DNA from: Desulfobulbus propionicus DSM 2032
GTDB lineage: Bacteria > Desulfobacterota > Desulfobulbia > Desulfobulbales > Desulfobulbaceae
Length of the DNA stretch: 32,000 nt
NCBI RefSeq assembly: GCF_000186885.1
Contig: NC_014972.1
Location: forward strand, 510,001-542,000
Direction of reading: 5' to 3'
A program made the translations under genes and the position numbers. The notes under the pieces were generated by a model. The model did not search any database. It worked only from the letters and a program-made list of their open reading frames with translations, and was not told the DNA's origin. Positions 9,401 to 18,912 of this stretch are shown here, piece by piece. The number at the start of each line of letters is the position of its first letter. The stretch's first letter is position 1.

Positions 9401-10240
9401 GGTGGGGAAGTTATGGGTCTCGGCGGTGAGCAGTGGGTGATAGCAGACCGTGGCTTCACTCAGCGGCGACGGTTCGCCCGGTCGCGCAGGCAGGAGCGTG
9501 GTCAGGGTGCAGCCCTCGATAACGCTGGAGTTGTCCTTGAAGGCCACCTTGCTGCCCTTGGGATGGGCTTTGAGGGTGTCGGTGACCACCTGGAACAGGG
9601 TCCGGTCGTAGTGTTGGCCGTCGATCACCTGCTTGCCGCGGAAAAAGCCGTGCCGCGAGTGCTCGGAGTTGGCGTTGTTGAGATCCATGATCTCGACAAT
9701 GGTCGGGTTGCGGTCGCAACGCTTGACGAAATAGTCGTAATACAGCTCCCGGTCCCATTGGTCCATGGAGATGCCGGGAATGTCGAGCAGGCCGTCCGGC
9801 CCCTTGGACTGCAGATCGACCTCGTAGACCGGCTCCGGCACGATGCCGGTCTCGAAGGTGGTCAGCGGCTGGGCATAGACGCACTCGGTCATCCGGTCGT
9901 GATTTTGAGCGATGAAGGTGTCGATGGCCACGTCCTCGGGCACCAGAGAGCGGCGGGAGCGCTCTACCCGGGTGACCACGTCCAGGCCCACGGCCCGACA
10001 GATGGACACCATGTTCGAGGACCAGGCGGTGGCGAAGTTGAGCCGGGGGCCGATTTCGACCACCCGCTCACCGACAAGCTGCGGCTCAAAGGTAACGGTG
10101 TCGAGGAGGAAGCCGTCGGCCAGGATCAGGCGCAGCCGCTCGACCTCCGCAGGCGTCAGCGCACGGCTGGATTCGATGTTAAAGCAGTAGGCGAAGTCGG
10201 GTTTGACCTGACGATGGAGTTGGATGACGTGGGAAGGCAT
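6440..10240 (-). CDS. purL: Phosphoribosylformylglycinamidine synthase, single-chain form with C-terminal glutaminase domain
   Basis: About 1266 aa; '[12 protein letters not shown]', '[25 protein letters not shown]', C-terminal GATase with '[14 protein letters not shown]' and 'PHPERAF'. The ORF track starts at 10249 (TTG); the ATG at 10240 has AAGGA upstream. Confidence 0.97.
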   Translation of the reverse strand: [1266 protein letters not shown]

Positions 10241-10336
10241 GAATGGCAATGTCCTTAGATGTTGAAATCGGAGAAGGGTAAAAATGTGCTGCCCACCGTG
10301 AAAGAACGACGAGTATGCAGCTGAAAATTGTTCTGC

Positions 10337-10564
10337 TTATAACAACGCGCGGAAATCTTCAACCGAAAGCCCCGCTTGTTTGAGGATATGTGCCAAGGTG
10401 GATCGCTTGAGGGGCGTATGCGCCGGGATCGTCAACTTGAGCACTTCGGTGCGGGTGTGTTTTTGCAACCGGATATGGCTCCCTCTCTGCCTCACCACAA
10501 CCCAGCCGTCCCGCTTCAAGGCCGAGATGATCTTGAAATAAGAAAGACTGGGAATGAGGTTCAT
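10337..10564 (-). CDS. hicA: HicA/YcfA-family toxin (mRNA interferase)
   Basis: 75 aa; 'LKRDGWVVVRQRGSHIRLQK' with the catalytic-type 'GSH' and 'IPAHTPLKRSTLAHILKQAGLS'. Confidence 0.85.
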   Translation of the reverse strand: MNLIPSLSYFKIISALKRDGWVVVRQRGSHIRLQKHTRTEVLKLTIPAHTPLKRSTLAHILKQAGLSVEDFRALL

Positions 10565-10770
10565 ATCGCAATCTCGAGGAGTTGGGCGTTCGGAGCAACG
10601 AGAGCATCGTCTTCGATGGGTTCGAGATACAAGGCTATAGCTTCCTTGATGTTGGCCAGTGCCTCCTCTCTGCTGTCGCCTTCACTGATGCACCCGGGGA
10701 GACTGGGGACGTAGACGGTGAAGCCACCTTCCTCGCTTGGTTCAAGAATGACCTGAAGTTTCATGTACAT
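10561..10770 (-). CDS. hicB: HicB-family antitoxin
   Basis: 69 aa; 'EEGGFTVYVPSLPGCISEGDSREEALANIKEAIALYLE'; overlaps hicA by 4 nt. Confidence 0.85.
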   Translation of the reverse strand: MYMKLQVILEPSEEGGFTVYVPSLPGCISEGDSREEALANIKEAIALYLEPIEDDALVAPNAQLLEIAI

Positions 10771-10874
10771 CTCCCTGAGAAGAATGAAATGGATAGGAAC
10801 ATGTCACACTGACGCCATCCATGCACGTAACTTTAGCATGCGCGGTTGCATTTTTCCGCTCCAAAGTGGGATGA

Positions 10875-12437
10875 TCATGCCCGTTTCTCATGCTTGCATC
10901 GACTTGGCCAGGGAGAGTGGTCATTAAAAAAGGCTGCATGATTTGAAGTAAAATAAGGCGGATCACGGCGGAAGATGGCCGCTAACTCCGGTTGGCGCTT
11001 GAATTCTTTATCAAGAAAGGTGCGGATGGCGCGCCGATCCCAGCCCTGGGGGTGGGGGAAATCGCAGTAGAGTGAGAGATCACCCTGGGAAAAGGTCGTG
11101 CCTGCCAGGGCCGTTGCCTCGGCGCCTGCGATAGGCATGTTGAAGATGGCCAGGTTGAGGAAGCTGATCTCCTGGTGGTGGCGTTGAACAAAGGCCAGGG
11201 TTTGGCGGGCTTCAACGGCGGATTCCGCCGGCGTGCCGAACAACAGATAGACATAGGTGGCGATACCGGCCTGATACAGGGCCGCGAGGACCTGTTCCAC
11301 CAGGGCCAGGTCGATGCCCTTGTGCAGCCCATCCAACACCTGCTGCGAACCGGATTCCAGGCCGAGCTTGAGTAGCATGCAGCCGGAGGCATGCAACCGG
11401 TGGCAAAAGTCGACATCAGCCAGTTGCTCGTGAAAGCGGACAAAACCGTACCAGGGTGCTCCAGGCGGATTGTCGATTAGCGCCGACATCACAGCCGGAC
11501 TGACGGCATTGTCGAGCAGGTGGATGAGGCTGGGTTGAGTGTGGCGGCACAATTGGTGCAAATGGGCCACCACTGTCTGCGGGTCAACAGGCTGATAGCG
11601 GCTCTGTTCGGCGGTCTCCGGGCAAAAGGTACACTTGTTCCAATAGCAGCCGCGCGAGGCTGCGTAGGGGAGAATCAGGCCGGGGGATAGGTAGTCGGCG
11701 AGCGATAGGCCGTCATAGTCGGGCGCGACATCATGGTGTTGGTGCGCAAGCCCCAGCAGGTCGAGCAGCGGGCCTTCGCCCGGCCCGGCGATGCACTGCG
11801 CCACCAGGCCGGCAAAGGGATTGGTCCAGCCGGGATGACGCATCCAGGAGGTGAGCAGGCCGCCGCCGAGCAGCAGGGGAATGTGCAGAAAGGTGGCGCG
11901 GAGAAAGCCGATCAGGCTGAAGCTGCACAGGGTCTGGCTGAGGTAGCAGAGCGAAATGCCGATAAATCGCGGCGCCTTGGCCGCGATCTTTGGCGCCAGG
12001 TGCTGCTCAAACCAGGGAAAGAAGAGGTTGGCGCGATACTCTTCTGCGGCCCTGAGCAGATCGCTGCTGGCCAGGGGATCGAGGCTGTTGTCCTCGTAGT
12101 TGGCCAGGCTAATCGAGAGTTCCGGCCGGGAGGCGACCGCCAGTTCCAGCACCCGGTTGATGTCGCGCACTGCCCGTTGATAGCGGTCGATATTGGCGTA
12201 GGTGGCGGGGCTGCGCAGAGCAGCGAGGTTGGCCTCGCGGTGCTTGAGGGCGCGGGTCGACCAGGTATCGACCGGATTCGTGGCTGAGCCCATCAGCCAC
12301 AACAGGCCTTCCAGGTTGGCATCCACCAGGGTGCAATCGACCCCGTGCGCCCGCAGGCAGCCGGCCAGGGCGGCGATGCCCGCCGGCGGCTCGCCCGCCT
12401 TGGCCAGGGGCGGATGGATCAGCAGGATGGAGGTCAT
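10875..12437 (-). CDS. B12-binding-type radical SAM protein
   Basis: N-terminal 'MTSILLIHPPLAKAGEPPAGIAALAGCLRAHGVDCTLVDAN' is B12-binding-like. 'LPYAASRGCYWNKCTFCPE' is the cluster motif, and 'LKLGLESGSQQVLDGLHKG' is radical SAM-like. Start trimmed from 12503 to the ATG at 12437. Confidence 0.8.
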   Translation of the reverse strand: MTSILLIHPPLAKAGEPPAGIAALAGCLRAHGVDCTLVDANLEGLLWLMGSATNPVDTWSTRALKHREANLAALRSPATYANIDRYQRAVRDINRVLELAVASRPELSISLANYEDNSLDPLASSDLLRAAEEYRANLFFPWFEQHLAPKIAAKAPRFIGISLCYLSQTLCSFSLIGFLRATFLHIPLLLGGGLLTSWMRHPGWTNPFAGLVAQCIAGPGEGPLLDLLGLAHQHHDVAPDYDGLSLADYLSPGLILPYAASRGCYWNKCTFCPETAEQSRYQPVDPQTVVAHLHQLCRHTQPSLIHLLDNAVSPAVMSALIDNPPGAPWYGFVRFHEQLADVDFCHRLHASGCMLLKLGLESGSQQVLDGLHKGIDLALVEQVLAALYQAGIATYVYLLFGTPAESAVEARQTLAFVQRHHQEISFLNLAIFNMPIAGAEATALAGTTFSQGDLSLYCDFPHPQGWDRRAIRTFLDKEFKRQPELAAIFRRDPPYFTSNHAAFFNDHSPWPSRCKHEKRA

Positions 12438-12452
12438 GGCGCAGGAGACACA

Positions 12453-12511
12453 TCGCGGGCATGGCCCGCTCCCCTCATGTCGCCTATAGAAGGAGCGGGC
12501 CATGCCCGCGA
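12453..12511. repeat. REP/BIME-like double palindrome
   Basis: tcgcgggcatggcccgctcc (12453-12472) is the exact reverse complement of ggagcgggccatgcccgcga (12492-12511), with a 19-nt spacer. Each 20-nt arm contains its own GCGGGC/GCCCGC hairpin. Confidence 0.65.
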
Positions 12512-12543
12512 ACAGAAGCTAACGTGCAATGGGGCGGAACCGC

Positions 12544-14133
<1,590 letters not shown>

Positions 14134-14188
14134 GTTGGGCTTGTTGATCAGGGATTGCTCGGTGCGCCGGCCACGATGGGCGGCGCGC

Positions 14189-14214
14189 AAAAAAAAAGGG
14201 CCGGAATCCGGCCC
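14189..14214 (-). terminator. Rho-independent terminator downstream of the Na/Pi cotransporter gene
   Basis: Minus strand reads gggccgg-att-ccggccc followed by nine T residues. Confidence 0.85.
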
Positions 14215-14318
14215 GATCACGGAAAAACCATATCTATATAATAGATTTGCCGAACTTTGTCCAACCTAGAATGTGTTTTGTCGCGGGGATTCTGGACCCG
14301 TTGCTCATGGACCAACCG

Positions 14319-15980
14319 TTAACTTGCGGCCGGCTGCGGGGCGGGTAGGGGGCGCATGATCAGGTTTTGCATGCTCAGGACCACCATCCGGCTGGATTGG
14401 GTCAGGAAACGGTTGACCATCAGCAGTCTGGTAACATCCTGTTCCCGGATCGCCCGCTGGGCCACCGCCCCGGCGCAGGAGCGGAGAAACTGTTTGTCGG
14501 CCTCCTCGACGCCCTGGAATAGAAGCCGCAGTTCTTCCTCCTGCACCTCTGCCCGGGATTCGGCCGCTATCCCTTCAATGGTCCGCCACAGGTGGGCCAG
14601 CCGGTCACGGAATTCGCCATGGGCCTTGAGTAGAAACGGGTTGTCTTCCTGGCCAATATCCTCGATTTCCGATCGCAGCTCATACAGATTTCGCACCACG
14701 TTCATGGTACTGCGGCTGGACCGGATAATCGGCTCCAGCTGTGCCGCTTCCTGGGGATCGATGGCCTCGGCTTGTATCCGGGCATAAAAGGTGAAAATTT
14801 CAGCATGCAGGCGTTCCAGATCCCCGTAGGTGAGCGGGGTGTCGGCAACGCCGCTGGATGGCGGGGGTAAGGCCGCCAATCCGCTGCCCGCCGCGCGCAG
14901 ACCGTAGCGGATACCGAGATAGCGGATGGACAGCAGCAGTTGATGGAGCACCTCGTTGCGCAGGGCGGCTAGAGCAGCTTCGGGAACCTGGGGTGGGGTG
15001 TTGTGGATGTAGCGGGTGAGCACGGTCTGTTGTTCGGGAAAGAAACGATGCAGCAAGTGAACCAACACCGAAATCCAGGGAAAGAAAAGCAGCACGCCCA
15101 GGACATTGAACAGGGTGTGGAACAGGGCGATGGCCAGGACGGGGTTGTCGCCGAGAGCGAACAGGTCATGGATGATCCAGGACATCGGCGACAGCAGGGG
15201 CACGACCACCACGGCGGTAACCGCATTGAAAATGAGTGAGCTGGCAGCGGTCTGTTTTTTCGCCGGAATACCGCCGATGGCGCCCAGGAGCACCGTGATC
15301 GTGGTGCCGACGTTGGCCCCGATCACCAGGGCCGACCCCTCGCGAAAATCAATGATGTTGGAGAAAAGGGCGGTGAGGATGATGGCGATGGTGGCGGAAC
15401 TGGACTGCATGGCCGCAGTCAGCACGACGCCGGCCAGGACATAGACCCACAGGCCCACGTCTGGCAGAAAGGACAGGTCGACCGCGGCGGCAAAGGCTTC
15501 GACGCTGGTTTTCATGAAGTCCAGGCCATGGAAGAGAAAACCAAAGGCGGCCAACAGCTTGCTGACGTTGACATACCGGCTGGAGCCGGAAAAAAAGATC
15601 AGCCCCAGGCCGCCGATGCCGATCAACGGCAGGGCAAAGACGTCGATTTTGAACTGAAAGCCTACCAGGGCGACGATCCAGGCGGTGCAGGTCGTGCCCA
15701 CCATGGCGCCCATGAGCACCGCGATCGCGTTGGCCAGCGTCATCAGGCCGGCGCCGACAAAGGCGAGCACCATCAGGGACACGGCGGAGCTGGACTGAAG
15801 GATGGAGGTGGTGACGAAACCGGTCAGGAGGCCTTTGAGGCGGCTGTCGGTGAAGCGGCGGATCAGGGTCTTGAACGAGCGGCCGGCGAGCAGTTTGACC
15901 GATTCCTCCATCATGAACATGCCGAACAGAAAAATTCCCAGTCCGGCAAGGAATTTCCAGCCATCAAACAGTGTCCACAT
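14319..15980 (-). CDS. Na/Pi cotransporter family protein with PhoU-like C-terminal region
   Basis: 553 aa; 'GLGIFLFGMFMMEESVKLLAG', 'GFVTTSILQSSSAVSLMVLAFVGAGLM' and 'LTAAMQSSSATIAIILTALFS', the duplicated QSSSA motifs of the family. Confidence 0.92.
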   Translation of the reverse strand: MWTLFDGWKFLAGLGIFLFGMFMMEESVKLLAGRSFKTLIRRFTDSRLKGLLTGFVTTSILQSSSAVSLMVLAFVGAGLMTLANAIAVLMGAMVGTTCTAWIVALVGFQFKIDVFALPLIGIGGLGLIFFSGSSRYVNVSKLLAAFGFLFHGLDFMKTSVEAFAAAVDLSFLPDVGLWVYVLAGVVLTAAMQSSSATIAIILTALFSNIIDFREGSALVIGANVGTTITVLLGAIGGIPAKKQTAASSLIFNAVTAVVVVPLLSPMSWIIHDLFALGDNPVLAIALFHTLFNVLGVLLFFPWISVLVHLLHRFFPEQQTVLTRYIHNTPPQVPEAALAALRNEVLHQLLLSIRYLGIRYGLRAAGSGLAALPPPSSGVADTPLTYGDLERLHAEIFTFYARIQAEAIDPQEAAQLEPIIRSSRSTMNVVRNLYELRSEIEDIGQEDNPFLLKAHGEFRDRLAHLWRTIEGIAAESRAEVQEEELRLLFQGVEEADKQFLRSCAGAVAQRAIREQDVTRLLMVNRFLTQSSRMVVLSMQNLIMRPLPAPQPAAS

Positions 15981-16142
15981 GACAAACCTCCAGGGAGGGG
16001 GTGAAGCGTTCCCGAACGCCGGGCAATCTGCGGTACCTGACCAGATTTACCCCAGAGCTGCGGTAGCGGCTGGAGCGGGCATATGCTGTTGACAGCGTCT
16101 TCCTGATCAGCCCGGCCTCCTTGCGCCGCTGGCCGGACAGCC

Positions 16143-16176
16143 AAAAAAAAGGCCTCTTTTCCGGAGAAAAGAGGCC
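16143..16176 (-). terminator. Rho-independent terminator downstream of tRNA-Asn
   Basis: Minus strand reads ggcctctttt-ctccgg-aaaagaggcc followed by eight T residues. Confidence 0.9.
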
Positions 16177-16186
16177 TGGTGCGTTC

Positions 16187-16262
<76 letters not shown>

Positions 16263-16343
16263 ATGTGCGTTGAAAGGATGACGGCGCGTTGAGCAACCGT
16301 CCTCATTTCGAGAATGGCTAAATAGCACAGAGTCGACTGGGCG

Positions 16344-17885
16344 TCAAGAAAAAGTTGCGTCCTGAGCCGCGGTCTGCTCCGGCGGTGATGCCTGGTCGAG
16401 CGGCAGCCGGATATCGACAATCAGCCCGTCCTGGTCGGGGGCGTTGCGGAAGTGCAGCAATCCGCCATGCTGCCGGATTGCGTGATGGGCAATGGCCAGC
16501 CCCAGTCCGGTGCCGCCCGTGTTGCGGTCCCTGGCCTCGGCCACCCGGAAAAAGGGTTCGATGAGGTGGGGGAGTTTGTCTTCCGGCACGCCTGGACCGT
16601 GATCCCGTACGCGGATGACCGCCTGCGCGTTTGTCGTTGAGCTGTTTTTCCGGGTAAACAAACAGACCTCCACGCGGCTGCCTGACCGGGTGGAGGTGGC
16701 GCCGTTGCGGATGATGTTTTCAATGGCCTGCCGCAGCAGTTCAGGGGAACCGGGCACCGATGCCTCGGCCACCTCGCCGACCACGACCCCCTTGCCCAGG
16801 TGACGGGTCTCGAAATCAACATCCTGGGCGACGTCCCGCACCAGTTCGGCGAGGGCGACCCTGGGCGTGTTGGCGTCTATGGTGAAGGCCTCGCTGCGAG
16901 TCAAGGAGAGCAGTTGGCTGATCAGGTTGTTCAAGCGTTCGGATTCACGGCCGATTCGGTCCAAATTACCATCTTCCTCGGCCTGGAACCGCTTTCGTGC
17001 CAGCTCCAGGGCCAGGTTCAGCCGAGCCAACGGGGAGCGCAGTTCGTGGGAAATATCGCGCAACAACCGTTTCTGGTTGTTGACCATTTCTTCCATCTGT
17101 TCGGCCATGTGGTCGAAATCCCTCGCCAGATCGCCGATTTCGTTGCCCGCCTCGCCCAATGAGGCGCCCACCCTCGCCGAGAGATCGCCGCCGGCAATCT
17201 GGCGGCTGATGCGGCGCAGTCGTTCCAGGGGGGCGCTGAAGGATCGGGCCAGCAGATAGCAGATGGTCCCGGCGACAGCGAGAAACACCACCAGGCGCAG
17301 CCATTGGCCTCGGCCGAAGAAAGGAGGGTGCGGCGGCGGCTTCGGCAGAGGTTGCGTTGGCCGTCCTGGACCATTGTCGGGGAAAAAGTCTGGCCGGCCC
17401 GGGGGTGGGCCGTCCAGGCCCGGAGGTGGGCCCAGACGGTGCAAACCGATCACCGCGTAGGAGGCTCCGTCCGGGGCACGCAGCCGCTGAATCACCAACA
17501 GTTCCCGACCGTCGTCCCGAATGAGAGGTTGGTCGCCCGCGACGGCGGTATCGGCCAAGCGGACAAGCTCGGAGGGGAGGGCGGGGTCGACGGGCACGAC
17601 GGTGTCGCCGGCGCGTAGATACAGTCGGGTTCGCATCGACGCCTGGATTTCCTCGACATACAGGTTGAACGCTCGCTCGCCACGGTGCTGGCGCATCACC
17701 TGTGCGGCCTGGCCCATCAGCACGATCGAACGGGCGATGCTGGCCTGCATCTGACGATGGAAATCGTGGCGGAAGGAATCCACCGACCGGCGGGACAGGG
17801 AGTACATCACCAGGCCGCTGATCACTCCGGTGAGAAGGATGGTCAGGGAAAAACTGAGCAGGAGACGGAAGAAGATGCTGCGCAT
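16344..17885 (-). CDS. CpxA-like sensor histidine kinase
   Basis: 513 aa; N-terminal TM, periplasmic segment, TM2, HAMP, H-box 'RLLRDISHELRSPLARLNLALELAR' and G boxes 'RVRDHGPGVPEDKL' and 'GGTGLGLAI'. Followed by an adjacent CpxR-like regulator. Confidence 0.9.
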   Translation of the reverse strand: MRSIFFRLLLSFSLTILLTGVISGLVMYSLSRRSVDSFRHDFHRQMQASIARSIVLMGQAAQVMRQHRGERAFNLYVEEIQASMRTRLYLRAGDTVVPVDPALPSELVRLADTAVAGDQPLIRDDGRELLVIQRLRAPDGASYAVIGLHRLGPPPGLDGPPPGRPDFFPDNGPGRPTQPLPKPPPHPPFFGRGQWLRLVVFLAVAGTICYLLARSFSAPLERLRRISRQIAGGDLSARVGASLGEAGNEIGDLARDFDHMAEQMEEMVNNQKRLLRDISHELRSPLARLNLALELARKRFQAEEDGNLDRIGRESERLNNLISQLLSLTRSEAFTIDANTPRVALAELVRDVAQDVDFETRHLGKGVVVGEVAEASVPGSPELLRQAIENIIRNGATSTRSGSRVEVCLFTRKNSSTTNAQAVIRVRDHGPGVPEDKLPHLIEPFFRVAEARDRNTGGTGLGLAIAHHAIRQHGGLLHFRNAPDQDGLIVDIRLPLDQASPPEQTAAQDATFS

Positions 17886-17903
17886 GTCCGATCGGTTGGG
17901 GGG

Positions 17904-18593
17904 TTAGGGGCAGATGTACATGTAACCGACACTGCGCACGGTTTTGATTCGTTCAATGCCGTTGACGTTGCGGCCCAATTTCTTGCGCAGACTGCTGATG
18001 TGGACATCGATGCTGCGGTCGAACAGCTCCAGTTTGCGGCCCAGCGCCTCCATGGCCAGCTCCTCGCGGTTGACCACCTGGCCGATCCGTTTGAGCAGGG
18101 CATGGAGCAGGGCGAATTCCACCGTGGTCAGCGGGATTTCGACGTCGTGCCGCCAGACGGTCCGGGTGCCAGGATCAAGGACGATGTCGTCGGCAAGCAG
18201 CTTGCCGGGCGCGGTGCGCCGGTTGCCCAATCCGTTTTCGCCTCGACGTTGGATGGCCCGGATCCGGGCCACCAGTTCACGCGGGTTGAAGGGCTTGGGC
18301 AGGTAATCATCGGCCCCCAATTCCAGGCCGACGATCCGGTCGACTTCATCGCCCCGGGCGGTCAGCATCAGCACCGGGACCGTGGACGCTTGCCGGATCT
18401 TGCGCAACAGGTCAAAACCGTTGAAGCCGGGGAGCATGACATCGAGAATCAGGAAGGAATGATCGCCGGCGAGAGCGGTCGTCAATCCCTGTTGGGCCTC
18501 ATGGCAGGCCGAGACGGCAAACCCCTCCTGTTCGAGGTATTCGGTCAGGAGGTCGCACAGCTCGGTGTCGTCGTCGATGAGCAAGATCCGCAT
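17904..18593 (-). CDS. CpxR-like OmpR-family response regulator
   Basis: 'MRILLIDDDTELCDLLTEYLEQEGF', 'VMLTARGDEVDRIVGLELGADDYLPKPFNPRELVARIRAI'-type receiver and a winged-helix C-terminus. Start trimmed from 18614 to the ATG at 18593. Confidence 0.92.
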   Translation of the reverse strand: MRILLIDDDTELCDLLTEYLEQEGFAVSACHEAQQGLTTALAGDHSFLILDVMLPGFNGFDLLRKIRQASTVPVLMLTARGDEVDRIVGLELGADDYLPKPFNPRELVARIRAIQRRGENGLGNRRTAPGKLLADDIVLDPGTRTVWRHDVEIPLTTVEFALLHALLKRIGQVVNREELAMEALGRKLELFDRSIDVHISSLRKKLGRNVNGIERIKTVRSVGYMYICP

Positions 18594-18677
18594 GGAGGAG
18601 CGCCAGATGTTCAAGGTGATTCAATTGAGATGGAACTCGTCAACCATAAAGCCTCCCTGTGCCTGTCGGTTAGGCAA

Positions 18678-18692
18678 TTTACAAAAATTTAC
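18678..18692 (-). promoter_or_regulatory. Candidate CpxR box
   Basis: Minus strand reads GTAAA-TTTTT-GTAAA, an exact match to the enterobacterial GTAAA-N5-GTAAA consensus, 85 nt upstream of the cpxR-like start codon. Confidence 0.65.
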
Positions 18693-18842
18693 AGTTTTTT
18701 TTCAGATGGAAACGATAACACTTCGAAAAAATAAGGATATTTCATCAGGATACAGCGGAAGGAGGGATCTGTCGTTGTCCGTGGACATTTGCATCGGCCG
18801 CTTCTCTGCCGGAAAAGAGCAGCCTTCGATTATTGAGTCTTC

Positions 18843-18868
18843 ACTCCCCGGCATTGCCGCCGGGGAGT
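18843..18868. other. Perfect stem-loop downstream of prmA
   Basis: actccccggc (18843-18852) / gccggggagt (18859-18868), 6-nt loop, only a short T run on the plus strand. Confidence 0.5.
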
Positions 18869-18912
18869 TTGCCCTGCTTCAGGGGAGCTGACGCCACCAA
18901 TCGGACGACGTT

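Noticed and set aside
8114-10258. 714-aa plus-strand ORF antisense to purL
   Set aside because: Its His/Gln/Gly/Asp/Val-rich composition is typical of reverse-complement coding sequence, and purL is unambiguous on the other strand.
17280-17430. GC-rich, repeat-like DNA considered as a tandem repeat or insertion
   Set aside because: It is in frame within the kinase and encodes the proline-rich linker, with no regular DNA repeat unit.
18565-18891. Plus-strand ORF divergent from the cpxR-like gene, considered as a CpxP-like partner
   Set aside because: It has no signal peptide or LTxxQ motifs and no ribosome binding site I can support. It starts inside the cpxR-like gene, so it is probably non-coding.
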